From Candidatus Kaiserbacteria bacterium (GTDB lineage: Bacteria > Patescibacteriota > Minisyncoccia > Phycocordibacterales > Phycocordibacteraceae), in the NCBI GenBank assembly GCA_016182485.1, contig JACPGH010000007.1:27656-91655 (forward strand): a DNA stretch of 64,000 nucleotides, in the 5' to 3' direction. The position numbers and the translations under genes were made by a program. The notes beneath the pieces are model-generated. The model had not been told where the DNA came from. It was given only the letters and a program-made list of their open reading frames with translations, and searched no databases. Positions 1 through 9,615 of the stretch are shown piece by piece (position 1 is the stretch's first letter; the number at the start of each line of letters is the position of its first letter).

Positions 1-178
1 GCGCGTGCCGGCAGTGGCTCGCTCGGCGCCGTGCCTAAGAGAACCGAACGAAACGTCTACCGATTGATGCGGGGGCATGATGGATACGAAAATAATCTAT
101 TTGATGATAATGAGGTAAGTATAGCCCGCCTATTTGGTGTCGAGGGCGCTTATATACAGGGAATTTTTCGGAAACTTG

Positions 179-187
179 TGGTATAAT
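179..187 (+). promoter_or_regulatory. Extended -10 promoter (TGgTATAAT) of rnpB
   Basis: TG-N-TATAAT ends 6 nt before the first base of the RNase P P1 helix. Confidence 0.75.
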
Positions 188-193
188 ATAAAA

Positions 194-845
194 GGACCAG
201 GCTAGGCGATCGCACTCTGGAACGCTGGAGGCTGGATTCTGGATGCTGGTTACCCAGTCTCTAGGAACCAGCTTCTAGCCTCCAAGGTGAGGAAAGTCCG
301 AACACGGGCCGCCCTGAAAGGGCGCGCAGCAAGTAGCGGGTAACTCCCGCACACCGCGAGGTGAGAGGTGCGAACAGAGACGCTCATGAGCGAAAGCGAA
401 TGAGCGCCCTGCGAAGCTTGATGCGAAGCAGGGCGACTTGGAGTGTATAGTCCTTCTTCGCCAAGGCTACGAAGGACATTTGTCGAAGACTCCAAATGAA
501 ACGGCAAAATCCTTACTTCCGTGCAAGGCCGTACTCTGGAGCGCTGGAGGCTGGACTCTGGATGCTGGTTTACCCAGCCTCTAGAAACCAGCTTCTAGCC
601 TCCAGTTTGTGCCGCTAGATCCCGAGCGCAAGCGAGGGACCAGATAAATGATCGCCGCCGATTTTGCCTGCCGCAGGCAGCTGCAGATTCGACAAGCTCA
701 CTGTGGCGAGCTTTGTCGAGCCACAAATCGAGCGTCCCGAGCAAAGTCGAGGGACTGCGACCCTTCGACAAGCTCAGGGTACTCGATTCTGCAACCACCT
801 TCGGTGGGCAGAATCGGTACAGAATTCGGCTTATCGGCCTGGTCC
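194..845 (+). ncRNA. rnpB: RNase P RNA, unusually long (~650 nt) with repeat insertions
   Basis: GAGGAAAGTCCG (289-300), TGAAACGGC...GCAAG, CAGATAAATGATCGCC and ACAGAATTCGGCTTA motifs are present; P1 pairs GGACCAGGC (194) with GCCTGGTCC (837-845). Confidence 0.93.
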
Positions 846-853
846 ATAAAACT

Positions 854-883
854 GCGAAAACCCGCCTCCCGGCGGGTTTTCGC
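854..883 (+). terminator. Intrinsic terminator-like hairpin after rnpB
   Basis: GCGAAAACCCGCC-tccc-GGCGGGTTTTCGC perfect stem. Confidence 0.7.
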
Positions 884-909
884 TTCCCCAAACCCCGCAG
901 CGCACATTC

Positions 910-975
910 TGTGAAGGTCTGACCTTCACAAGCTAAGCGTTCCCTAAATGTGAATGTGAAGGTCAGACCTTCACA
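910..975. repeat. Pair of REP-like 21-bp palindromes downstream of RAYT
   Basis: TGTGAAGGTC(T/A)GACCTTCACA at 910-930 and 955-975, in opposite orientation. Confidence 0.9.
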
Positions 976-984
976 CTACCAGGA

Positions 985-1695
985 CTACCAGGGTTCGAGC
1001 ATGATGGATTTGAAGTCCTCGCCTCGCGAAGCCATGTGCGCCTCGAGCAGTTCCCTCGCCTCTCCTTTGAACGAATCTCCGCTTCCGATAACTTCCGCCA
1101 TTAGCCCCTCTGCATCGTCTACGATCGGAATGGGATTCTCGAAAATGAGACCGGGCAGACTTGAGAATGGATAACGGCACGCCCATTCCCATGCGTCGTC
1201 AAAATTGACAAGCGCCGCTCGCAGCCCGCCTGGATACATCTCGAGTACATTCTTCACGAGGATATAGAACGCGAGGTAATTCAGATGCTCGCCCCTCTCG
1301 ACGACCCTTCCATGATAAGCACCCTGAAATATGCTTCCTTTCTCCTCATATTTCAGGTTGAAACACATGGACATACTTCCGCCTATTCTTTGCATAAATT
1401 TCGCCGTCCCGCCCTTCCGGATTTCTTGCAGCAACAGATGGAAATGGTTCGACAAGAGCGTCCAGGCAAGTATCCGGACCAGCGGCTCGCGTTCGGGCCA
1501 ATGCGATGGGCGTTCGAAAGCGGGAAGTTTGGCCGCTTCTCGATGCCAGTTCGGATCAGTGTAAGTATCGTTGAGCAGCAGAAGCGATCTGGTCGAGCGC
1601 CACCGATCTTCATCGTCGCGTACGATGTCCATTTCGCGAACCCCGCGCTTAGTGACGTGGACAATAGAATCCACTGAGTAGGGTTCAAGCCTCAT
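985..1695 (-). CDS. REP-associated tyrosine transposase (RAYT / Y1_Tnp, IS200-like HUH)
   Basis: HVTKRG N-terminal motif, HUH motif NHFHLL, KFMQRI...FNLKY..KGSIFQG, Tyr in FYIL, YPFSS; palindromes on both sides. Confidence 0.88.
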   Translation of the reverse strand: MRLEPYSVDSIVHVTKRGVREMDIVRDDEDRWRSTRSLLLLNDTYTDPNWHREAAKLPAFERPSHWPEREPLVRILAWTLLSNHFHLLLQEIRKGGTAKFMQRIGGSMSMCFNLKYEEKGSIFQGAYHGRVVERGEHLNYLAFYILVKNVLEMYPGGLRAALVNFDDAWEWACRYPFSSLPGLIFENPIPIVDDAEGLMAEVIGSGDSFKGEARELLEAHMASRGEDFKSIMLEPW

Positions 1696-1717
1696 GAAAT
1701 AAGAATACCTCGCGCCC

Positions 1718-1790
1718 CTGTGAAGGTCAGACCTTCACAGGATAGCTGTGGATTACGACAGCTTGTGAAGGTCTGACCTTCACAAGCTGT
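1718..1790. repeat. Pair of REP-like palindromes upstream of RAYT
   Basis: Same 21-bp core at 1719-1739 and 1764-1784; the second extends to a 33-bp palindrome (1758-1790). Confidence 0.9.
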
Positions 1791-1879
1791 TCTTCGATGG
1801 AGGGTGGCCAGATAAACAGGCATGGACTTTGCTATGTAAAGCGAACCGGCGCACGCGAAGCGTGCGCCGGATAACTGGC

Positions 1880-2494
1880 CTACCCTATTAGGGGTCGCAC
1901 CAGGAGGAATCGACAGGTCGGAAGCCACAGACATTCATCCTCTTCTCGCAGGCCGATTACCCGCTTCCCCGACAGCTCCTGATACAGGACTACCGGATTG
2001 GGACAGAAGGATGCGATCGAGAAGCGACGCTGCCGGCCTGGATAGAGCGCGGCATGCGCGAGCATGTGCTCGATTCCCGCGAACGACCACCAGGTTGGGA
2101 CCAGCTGTCTGATCTCCTCTCTCGCGCGTGCCGACGTGACCTCCCTATCGAACCGGACATATTGCGCCAAGAACCATTTGGTATTGACGGTGGCCGGCTT
2201 CTGGACGAGGGCGCGGAATCTCTCCCCGACCTGCTTCTCGACGTCGAAGTCACCGAGGGCTAGCATCTCCTCGATCGACAGCGAGTAATCCACGACGAGA
2301 CGGAAGAGGCTCGACTCCAGACCGAGTGCCTGTCGAAAGCTCTTGAGGTCGGGCAGTGTGCGTTTCCTAGCCGCCTGAGCAAGAGCTGCCAGATGGCCGC
2401 CGTGAATCGTGTCGATCTCCTCTTCCGTGAGCCCCTGCTGATCGAGAATGAGAAGCGTCTGCCTCGCCCTGCCGAAGATGCCATCGGTGCCCAT
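1880..2494 (-). CDS. Hypothetical protein (204 aa)
   Basis: Non-overlapping ORF with GGAGG-like RBS; family not recognised. Confidence 0.65.
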   Translation of the reverse strand: MGTDGIFGRARQTLLILDQQGLTEEEIDTIHGGHLAALAQAARKRTLPDLKSFRQALGLESSLFRLVVDYSLSIEEMLALGDFDVEKQVGERFRALVQKPATVNTKWFLAQYVRFDREVTSARAREEIRQLVPTWWSFAGIEHMLAHAALYPGRQRRFSIASFCPNPVVLYQELSGKRVIGLREEDECLWLPTCRFLLVRPLIG

Positions 2495-2614
2495 AGGTTC
2501 CTCCTATGTGGCGCTACTCCTTGCGGGTAGCATATGTATTTCTAGAAACGGCACATGCGCCTCATGTGCAAGGTACTCCGTAGGCACTATGCCAGAAGTA
2601 AAAAATGGCGCAAC

Positions 2615-4996
2615 CTAGACAATCTCGCAGGTGCCGCCGGCGCAGGCCAGCTCCTTCTTCATCTCGGTTTCGTCCTGCCGCTCGTACGCGATTAGTTTCG
2701 AGTAGTCCACCTTCGGGAAGCGGGCCATGCGCGCTTCATACTCCTCTTTAGTTATCGCCTCGTATGGCGCGAGGCGGTACACATGGTTCGCGCGCGGCAG
2801 GAACGAGAGTCCGCCGATGATATCCCAATTCTTCTGCAGCCAATCCACGACCCCGATCCACTCATCCTCGCCTACCGATACTGTGGCGGAAGGATTATGC
2901 TCGGTGAAATTAAGCTTTACCCGCTTCCAATATTCGAGCTGATCGAGCGCCGTGAGGTCGTCCTTGAAGCGGGCCTCCTTCGAATGGTCGGGCGCTTTCA
3001 CAGGGAATTCGAGTACGAATGTGTTCGCCTCCTCCACCGACTGCCCTACTTCGGGGTAATACGGAACGCCCTGGTCGCGCATAAGCTTGAATAGCGAATC
3101 GGTCGCGCTAATGCGCACCCGGCGGATATAGTACGGGGCGTGACGCGGATGGATGCCCGAGGCGCAATTGAAGGTTTGCGAGACAGTTCCGGAGGGCTTC
3201 ACGGCGGTGACGGACATAGAAGCCTCGATGCCGAACCGCTTCGCGTATGCTTGATTCGTCTTAATGGCCACATCGCGCATCTTGCGCATAATTTCCGGCT
3301 TGCGCGCGGCGGGCGAGTCCCATTGGCCGGTAACCGAGACGCCGAGCAGCCGCTCGGCACGGCAATGGTCGGTCCACTCCTTCGAAATGTAATTGAAATT
3401 CGTCAGCGAGGACTGGTACGTGCCGAGGATAGAGGCGAGGCGCGCCTTCCGAAGAAGCGTCGCTTCAGTGTCTCCCGCGCGCGCGATCACCTCGGAGAGA
3501 TTGCAGAATTGCTTCGACTGGAGGATGATCTCCGCGCACGGGTTGGTACCGATCGGGCCGCGCACGGTCATGTCTTCTCCGATGAATCCGATCTTCTTGA
3601 AATATTCTGCCCGCCGCTTCGGAAGCGTGATGGCCAGAGAGCCGCGGTTGAAGATACCCCGCTCTCCGGAGCCGCTCTTCATAAGCGCGACCCACTCATC
3701 CATCAGCTCCGCATTGGTAGGCTGGCTCTCGTAAACGGCGGAGTTATTCGCGACTGAGCGGTGCGGATCCGTCATATAGAACTGGCCCTTCTTGGCGTCG
3801 CGCATCTCGACGTCGTCGAGATCCGAGAGCGAGATCATCGCCGTGCGGCGAACGCCTCCAGACACTATGGCTTCGCCTATCTTGCAGACGATGTCATGCA
3901 CGTCGATATTGCGAAGGCGGCGGCCCTGGCGCGAGAGTATGCGTTCGCGGGCAAAGGCGAGAAGTGAACGCAGGGGTTCGGGGCCCGAAGCCTTTCCGCC
4001 CATCGTCTTGAGGCGCGCGCCGGCCGGTCGAACTTTCGAGAAGTCGAAGGAGACATCTTTCCCCGCATACCAAGTCTTGAGACCGAGCGTGAGCGCATTG
4101 CACCAGCCCTCGCTCGAATCTTCGACCGTGTGAGTCTGGAGTTTCGCCCCCGTCTGCTTCATTATCTGCGGCAGCTGCTCGACATTTTGGCTCTCGACGG
4201 CGAAGCCGACGCCGCAGCCGCGCGAAGAAAGGTACATGACCTCGGCAAAATCCTCGAGCTTGGTAGGCGCAGCAAACGTACAGTTGTACGCGCACGTATT
4301 GCAGCGGCGCGCGGCTTCGCCTGCGAACTGCATGAGCCGCATCGAGGGCATCACCTCCTGCTTGAGGATGCCCGTACGTATTTCGGTATATTCCTTGTCG
4401 GCGAGTTTGTTGCCAAGATTCTCCCGCATAAAATTCATGTACCGGTCCACCGTCTCTATCCAGGTTTCGCGCCGGCCCTCTTCGGGAATCCATTTCGCAT
4501 AGGTCCGCAGATAAACGAACTCGCCGAGCGCATTCCCTTCAAAATATTTCCTGCTCTCTTCCGCCAGCTTCTTCACCTGTGGAGGGATATCGACGTGCGC
4601 CGCGCGCAGCTGCGCGCGCTTGTCTCGGTACAGAATATAGGCCTTCGCCGTTTTGACGTAATCATTCAAGATCAGGTATTTCTCTACAGAATCCTGCATG
4701 CCCTCGACCGTCGGGAGAAAGTTCTTATATTTCCTCGCGAAGCGGGCCAATTCTCCGGCCACCTGATGTGCGACCAGCGTAGCGTCGTCCTGGCTGCCTT
4801 CGCCCGCGGCAGTCATGCCCTTCCAAATCGCGGTGGCGATTTTATCGAAATCGAAAGAAACAAGACGTCCGTCTCGCTTCTCGATCTGCGGGATCATTTC
4901 GCGATACCGCAGTGTTTCTTTAGAGATTGTGGGAGCGGCCGCTTTTGCAACCGGGATTACGGCAGTTTTGGAACGGATTTTGGCGGCCTTGGACAT
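2615..4996 (-). CDS. nrdJ: Class II (adenosylcobalamin-dependent) ribonucleotide reductase with N-terminal ATP cone
   Basis: IEKRDGR..FD..KI ATP cone, TNPCAEI, KPSGTVS, C-terminal CAGGTC; no nrdB beside it. Confidence 0.88.
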   Translation of the reverse strand: MSKAAKIRSKTAVIPVAKAAAPTISKETLRYREMIPQIEKRDGRLVSFDFDKIATAIWKGMTAAGEGSQDDATLVAHQVAGELARFARKYKNFLPTVEGMQDSVEKYLILNDYVKTAKAYILYRDKRAQLRAAHVDIPPQVKKLAEESRKYFEGNALGEFVYLRTYAKWIPEEGRRETWIETVDRYMNFMRENLGNKLADKEYTEIRTGILKQEVMPSMRLMQFAGEAARRCNTCAYNCTFAAPTKLEDFAEVMYLSSRGCGVGFAVESQNVEQLPQIMKQTGAKLQTHTVEDSSEGWCNALTLGLKTWYAGKDVSFDFSKVRPAGARLKTMGGKASGPEPLRSLLAFARERILSRQGRRLRNIDVHDIVCKIGEAIVSGGVRRTAMISLSDLDDVEMRDAKKGQFYMTDPHRSVANNSAVYESQPTNAELMDEWVALMKSGSGERGIFNRGSLAITLPKRRAEYFKKIGFIGEDMTVRGPIGTNPCAEIILQSKQFCNLSEVIARAGDTEATLLRKARLASILGTYQSSLTNFNYISKEWTDHCRAERLLGVSVTGQWDSPAARKPEIMRKMRDVAIKTNQAYAKRFGIEASMSVTAVKPSGTVSQTFNCASGIHPRHAPYYIRRVRISATDSLFKLMRDQGVPYYPEVGQSVEEANTFVLEFPVKAPDHSKEARFKDDLTALDQLEYWKRVKLNFTEHNPSATVSVGEDEWIGVVDWLQKNWDIIGGLSFLPRANHVYRLAPYEAITKEEYEARMARFPKVDYSKLIAYERQDETEMKKELACAGGTCEIV

Positions 4997-5081
4997 GGGT
5001 TGATAATCAGTGATTGGTAATGACTCCCTCGACTTAGGTTTAGTGTACTCCTCATGTGATTTCGATACCTGTGGATATTTT

Positions 5082-5540
5082 TTATTGCGAAACGTTCGGC
5101 AGATTTTTCAACGAGAACAACGTACCGGTGGCGACTCCGTACATTCGAGCAAAGCCCGCGGCTGTCTCAAGGACATAATGAGTTGGCAGAGCGGGGTAAA
5201 AGACATTCGGAAAGCTCGAGGCAGCCACATCGCTCGCGATAGATATGACTTGTCCTTTATCATCCAGCCAGAAAATATCTATCGGGACAAGCATATCCTT
5301 CATCCATATGCCGTAACGCTCGCTTTTCGGAAAAACTAAAAGCATCCCGGAATCTTCCGGGATGCTTTCTCGACCGCTAAGCCCCTTTTCCCGCGCGGCA
5401 GGAGTTGTAGCAAATTCGATCTTTAAGGACAGGTCGTCGAGCTTAACTACAGGCTCGTTCAGAGCGTATGTCCTATAGACAAGCAGGGCCCCCACGATAA
5501 TTACGCACCCTATCAACAGAGATGCTATCCATCTCGCCAT
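5082..5540 (-). CDS. DUF192 family protein
   Basis: REKGLSGR...GMLLVF...IWMKDM..PIDIFWLD...VLE; N-terminal TM helix. Confidence 0.85.
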   Translation of the reverse strand: MARWIASLLIGCVIIVGALLVYRTYALNEPVVKLDDLSLKIEFATTPAAREKGLSGRESIPEDSGMLLVFPKSERYGIWMKDMLVPIDIFWLDDKGQVISIASDVAASSFPNVFYPALPTHYVLETAAGFARMYGVATGTLFSLKNLPNVSQ

Positions 5541-5560
5541 TCGCTAATTATGCGCTACCT

Positions 5561-5749
5561 CTAGGAAGTCCTATGCCGCTGCCCACTTTCTTCCATTCGA
5601 GAATGCGTCTGTACGCCCCAGAGCGCGAATACGGCGACTAAGAGGCCGGTAACCACTAGCGTCCAAGATAGCGCCGAACCGGTCAGCCCCAAGAAAGGGA
5701 CGACTATCGTCCACAATCCGAGCACTGCGTTAACCCACTGTTGCCACAT
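5561..5749 (-). CDS. Small SPW-repeat-like membrane protein
   Basis: WVNAVLGLW..VVPF pattern; two hydrophobic helices. Confidence 0.7.
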   Translation of the reverse strand: MWQQWVNAVLGLWTIVVPFLGLTGSALSWTLVVTGLLVAVFALWGVQTHSRMEESGQRHRTS

Positions 5750-5848
5750 GGTGTGAATAATTACCTAATAATAAGTTGCATGCTAGCCGAGCAGTGATGA
5801 AAATATCGTGAGCGAGATTTCTGTTTTTCTGCTATAACTCCCGTATAC

Positions 5849-5935
5849 GGAGGCGTCGCATAGTGGTCTAGTGCACCGCCTTGGAAAGGCGGCAGGCCGG
5901 AAACGGTCTCGAGAGTTCGAATCTCTCCGCCTCCG
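5849..5935 (+). tRNA. tRNA-Ser(GGA), CCA not encoded
   Basis: Acceptor GGAGGCG/CGCCTCC, anticodon arm CCGCC-TTGGAAA-GGCGG, long variable arm, GTTCGAATC T-loop, discriminator G. Confidence 0.95.
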
Positions 5936-5936
5936 C

Positions 5937-6827
5937 TTATTTTGCAAGTAAAGCTCTGATGCGGTCCGCGACGGGCGGGTGCGTGGAGAAGAGACGCTCG
6001 AGCCAGCTGACCGTCTTGCCTTCCGGACGGCCATAGGGCTCGTCAATAAAGAGATGCGCCGTGGCATGGCTCTTGTGCCGCATAGGCCGGTTATGCGCGC
6101 TGATCTTCTCTAGTGCGGAAGCCAGTCCTTCCGGAAAGCGAGTCAAGAGCGCGCCGGAAGCGTCGGCCAGATATTCCCGCCGGCGGGAAATAGCGAGCTG
6201 AATGAGCTGAGCGGCGATCGGCGCGAGAATAATCCCGACGAGGCCGAGGACAAGGATGATCGGACTGCCGCGATTCTCCCGGTTATTGCCGCCGTAGAAC
6301 GACATGCGCAGAAAGAAGTCCGCCGCGATAGCGACGAAGCCGGCGAGCACCACGGCAATAGTCATCACGAGGATATCCCGATTCTTGATGTGCGAAAGCT
6401 CGTGCGCAATGACTCCTTCGAGTTCGGTCCGCGAAAGCATTGAGAGAAGTCCGGTCGTCGCCGCGACTACCGCGTGCTTCTCGTCGCGGCCGGTCGCGAA
6501 TGCGTTCGGCGCCGGATCGTTTATGACGTACAACTTCGGCATCGGCAATCCCGCCGTGATCGCGAGGTTTTCCGTGACGGTATAGAAATCGAAAAACTCC
6601 TTGCGAGATACCGGGCGCGCCTTCGTGAGCGAGAGCACGAGCTTGTCCGAGGCCCAGTACGCGTAAAAATTCGTCGCTATCGCGATGATGACCGCGAGCC
6701 AGAGGATCGCCGGCTCGTTGTAGTACCATGCGATCGCATAACCGACTGCTATAACGACGACCAGGAAGCCCGCGATCAAGGCCCATGTCCGGCGGATGTT
6801 GCTCGAGCGCTGTTCGTAGAGGTTCAT
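5937..6827 (-). CDS. htpX: M48 zinc metalloprotease HtpX
   Basis: PNAFATGR, AHELSH, ISRRREYLAD, FSTHPP. Confidence 0.93.
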   Translation of the reverse strand: MNLYEQRSSNIRRTWALIAGFLVVVIAVGYAIAWYYNEPAILWLAVIIAIATNFYAYWASDKLVLSLTKARPVSRKEFFDFYTVTENLAITAGLPMPKLYVINDPAPNAFATGRDEKHAVVAATTGLLSMLSRTELEGVIAHELSHIKNRDILVMTIAVVLAGFVAIAADFFLRMSFYGGNNRENRGSPIILVLGLVGIILAPIAAQLIQLAISRRREYLADASGALLTRFPEGLASALEKISAHNRPMRHKSHATAHLFIDEPYGRPEGKTVSWLERLFSTHPPVADRIRALLAK

Positions 6828-6828
6828 G

Positions 6829-7311
6829 TTAGTGCCTTTTCCAGACGTATTTCTCGCCTTTGCGCAAAGCGTCGGCCATGACTATTTCATCATAGATACC
6901 GTCGAGCAGGTCGTATTCCTTCGACTCCTCCACGTCCACCCAAGCGTATTTGTCATTCTCTGCTTCCTCTAGCTTTACCTCCCCGCCCGCATGATCTGCG
7001 AGGCATGATATCACGATTGAGGCGGCGGCGCCGTCATGTTCGGTTGCGAGCGAGGTAACGTACCGGACGTTCTCAATCGCAAGGCCGACTTCTTCCAGGA
7101 TTTCCCGCGCGAGCGCCTTCTCGAGCACGTTATACCAATAATGCTCGGTATCCTTCGGATATCCGGTAAAGTCTGACGGTTCGAGATGCCCTCCCGGCAC
7201 CGTCCACTTGCCCGGGAATCTTTTCTTCGTGGCCGGACGGCGCGTTATCAAATATTTGCCGTCTTTCTGGATGATCGCGGTAATAACCACTTCAAACCGC
7301 GTGTAAGCCAT
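6829..7311 (-). CDS. NUDIX hydrolase
   Basis: WTVPGGH...ALAREILEEVGL Nudix box with an insertion. Confidence 0.85.
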   Translation of the reverse strand: MAYTRFEVVITAIIQKDGKYLITRRPATKKRFPGKWTVPGGHLEPSDFTGYPKDTEHYWYNVLEKALAREILEEVGLAIENVRYVTSLATEHDGAAASIVISCLADHAGGEVKLEEAENDKYAWVDVEESKEYDLLDGIYDEIVMADALRKGEKYVWKRH

Positions 7312-7312
7312 T

Positions 7313-7876
7313 TTAGAACTGCACTTTGACCGGCTCCGCCGCGGCCGCCTCGCCTTCGCCTAGTTCAAAAAGGTCCATGAGCCCGAAGCCGAGCATAGAG
7401 GCGATCAGGTTGCCCGGGAACACTTGCTCGGCGGTGTTGAGGGCCATGACAGTTGAGTTATAGAAGCGCCGGGCGGCCTGGATCTTGTTCTCCGTATCGG
7501 CGAGCTCTTGCTGTAATCCGAGGAAGTTCTGGTTCGCCTTCAGTTCCGGGTACGCCTCGGAGACGGCAAAAAGAGTCTTCAACGCGCCGGTTAGCTGGTT
7601 CTCGGCCTGCGCCTTATCCGGCGCGCTCGTCGCGCTCATGGCGGCCGCCCGCGCCTTCGTTACGTTCTCGAAGGCGCGCGCCTCATGCGCGGCATAGCCC
7701 TTCACGGTCTCGACGAGATTCGGGATGAGGTCATAGCGGCGCTTGAGCTGGACCTGAATATCGGCCCAGGCCTCTTTCGCCCGGTTCACTAGAGTGATCA
7801 ACCGGTTATAGGCAAAAATGACCCACAGCACGACAAGCGCGAGAACGGCGAGCACGACGATGGTGGTAGTAGACAT
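7313..7876 (-). CDS. lemA: LemA family protein
   Basis: QLKRRYDLIPNLVETVKGYA, EAYPELKAN, ARRFYN. Confidence 0.95.
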   Translation of the reverse strand: MSTTTIVVLAVLALVVLWVIFAYNRLITLVNRAKEAWADIQVQLKRRYDLIPNLVETVKGYAAHEARAFENVTKARAAAMSATSAPDKAQAENQLTGALKTLFAVSEAYPELKANQNFLGLQQELADTENKIQAARRFYNSTVMALNTAEQVFPGNLIASMLGFGLMDLFELGEGEAAAAEPVKVQF

Positions 7877-7991
7877 GCCTAAAGTATACCCCGCATAGAA
7901 GCAAATTCAATGAATCCGGATGCTCTTCATGATATATTCATACAAGAGACGGATAATGACATAATTATAATTCGTATAAAATCCTAATTTT

Positions 7992-8432
7992 ATGACCGGG
8001 AGAACTGTCGGCATTATAATAATAGCGGTTATCGTAATCGCGTTCGGAATCTGGTACCTGCTCACCCTGGTTCCGGGGGAAGCGCGCCAGACTCCCGGCG
8101 CGACAGGAATAACCGGAACGGGCACAACGGTCGCATACACGAACGATGGTTTCTCTCCGAGGAACATCACAGTCCCGGTCGGCACGGCGGTGACGTTCGA
8201 CAATGACTCCGGCGACCCGATGTGGGTCGCCTCGGCGATGCACCCCACGCACGAGGCATATGACGGCACAGCCCTGAGCGCGCACTGCGCCTCTGGTTAC
8301 GCGGGTCCGGAGCCGTTCGATCAGTGCAACGCGGGAGGGAGCTACAGCTTCACCTTCACGAAACCCGGGACTTGGAACTACCACAACCACGCCAACCCCG
8401 CCGATTTCGGATCAGTCACAGTAACTCCGTAA
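7992..8432 (+). CDS. Membrane-anchored cupredoxin/plastocyanin-like protein
   Basis: GFSP..ITV..GT.VTF.N, YSFTF.KPGTWNYHNH. Confidence 0.75.
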   Translation: MTGRTVGIIIIAVIVIAFGIWYLLTLVPGEARQTPGATGITGTGTTVAYTNDGFSPRNITVPVGTAVTFDNDSGDPMWVASAMHPTHEAYDGTALSAHCASGYAGPEPFDQCNAGGSYSFTFTKPGTWNYHNHANPADFGSVTVTP

Positions 8433-8437
8433 AGGAG

Positions 8438-9574
8438 TTAACGTATCGCGCCCGCGACCGCTTTGACCACGCGCGGGTCGAGCATGTCGGGAATGATCTT
8501 GTCCGCCGCGGGCCGGGCGACAAGCGCCGCGAGCGCGCGAGCGGCGCGCAGCTTCGCGGCTTCAGTTATCTGCCGCACGCCGCGGTCGAGCGCGCCGCGG
8601 AAGACCCCCGGGAATACGAGCGAGTTGTTGATCTGGTTGGGGAAGTCGCTCCGGCCGGTCGCGACGACGACGGCGCCGGCTTTCTTCGCCACGTCCGGGA
8701 ATATTTCCGGCTCCGGATTCGCCATTGCGAAGACGATGGCCCTCGGCGCCATGCTGCGGACATGGCCTGCCGATAGGAGCCCTTTGCCGGAGAGGCCGAT
8801 GAATACGTCGGCGCCGACCATCGCTTCATCGAGCCCGCCCTTCACCTTGCGCGGATTCGTGAGCTTGGCGAGCTCGGCTTTATTTTCATTCAAGTTCTCG
8901 CGGCCGGCATAGAGCGTGCCTGTGCGGTCGAGCATAACGATGTCGCGCACTCCCGCCGCAATAAGGAGCTTCGCGGTCCCGGTGCCGGCCGCGCCAGCGC
9001 CGCTTATCACTATCTTCAATTCCTTAAGAGTCTTTTTCACCACCTTCGCGGCATTGGTGAGCCCCGCGAGCACCACGATCGCCGTGCCGTGCTGGTCGTC
9101 GTGCATAACGGGAATGTCGAGCGCTTCGATGAGGCGCTCCTCGATGTCGAAGCACTTGGGCGCCGCGATGTCCTCGAGATTAATGCCGCCGAAAGCCGGC
9201 GCGATCGCCTTCACGACCTGCACTATCTCCTCCGGTTCTTGCGTCGAAAGAACGATCGGCCACGCGTCCACTCCTGCTTTTTCTTTAAATATGAGCGCCT
9301 TCCCTTCCATGACCGGCAGGGCGCCATAGGGGCCGATATTCCCCAGCCCAAGCACGGCCGAGCCGTCGGAGACTACCGCTACGCTGTTTTTCTTGACCGA
9401 TAATTTGCGCGCCTCCTCCGGATGCTCCGCCAGATATCTCGAGGCGACCGCGACGCCCGGCGTATACCACAGCGAGAAATCCTTTTTTTCCTTTAGCTTC
9501 ACGCGCGCCTTGGTCTCCACCCGTGCGCCCTGTTTCTTGAATGCGGTCAATATCTTTTTTGATTTTGTATCCAT
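8438..9574 (-). CDS. NAD(P)-dependent malic enzyme (start may be 9595)
   Basis: YTPGVA, DGSAVLGLGNIG, PVMEGK, INLEDI, HDDQHGT, GRSDFPNQINN. Confidence 0.93.
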   Translation of the reverse strand: MDTKSKKILTAFKKQGARVETKARVKLKEKKDFSLWYTPGVAVASRYLAEHPEEARKLSVKKNSVAVVSDGSAVLGLGNIGPYGALPVMEGKALIFKEKAGVDAWPIVLSTQEPEEIVQVVKAIAPAFGGINLEDIAAPKCFDIEERLIEALDIPVMHDDQHGTAIVVLAGLTNAAKVVKKTLKELKIVISGAGAAGTGTAKLLIAAGVRDIVMLDRTGTLYAGRENLNENKAELAKLTNPRKVKGGLDEAMVGADVFIGLSGKGLLSAGHVRSMAPRAIVFAMANPEPEIFPDVAKKAGAVVVATGRSDFPNQINNSLVFPGVFRGALDRGVRQITEAAKLRAARALAALVARPAADKIIPDMLDPRVVKAVAGAIR

Positions 9575-9615
9575 AGATAGACCGTCAGTATACATTACAG
9601 GTATATACTTGGCCC

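Noticed and set aside
1-78. Possible start of a minus-strand gene (MPPHQSVDVSF...)
   Set aside because: Only 26 codons visible and no recognisable motif
250-922. Short ORFs in the ORF track
   Set aside because: They overlap the RNase P RNA and its repeats
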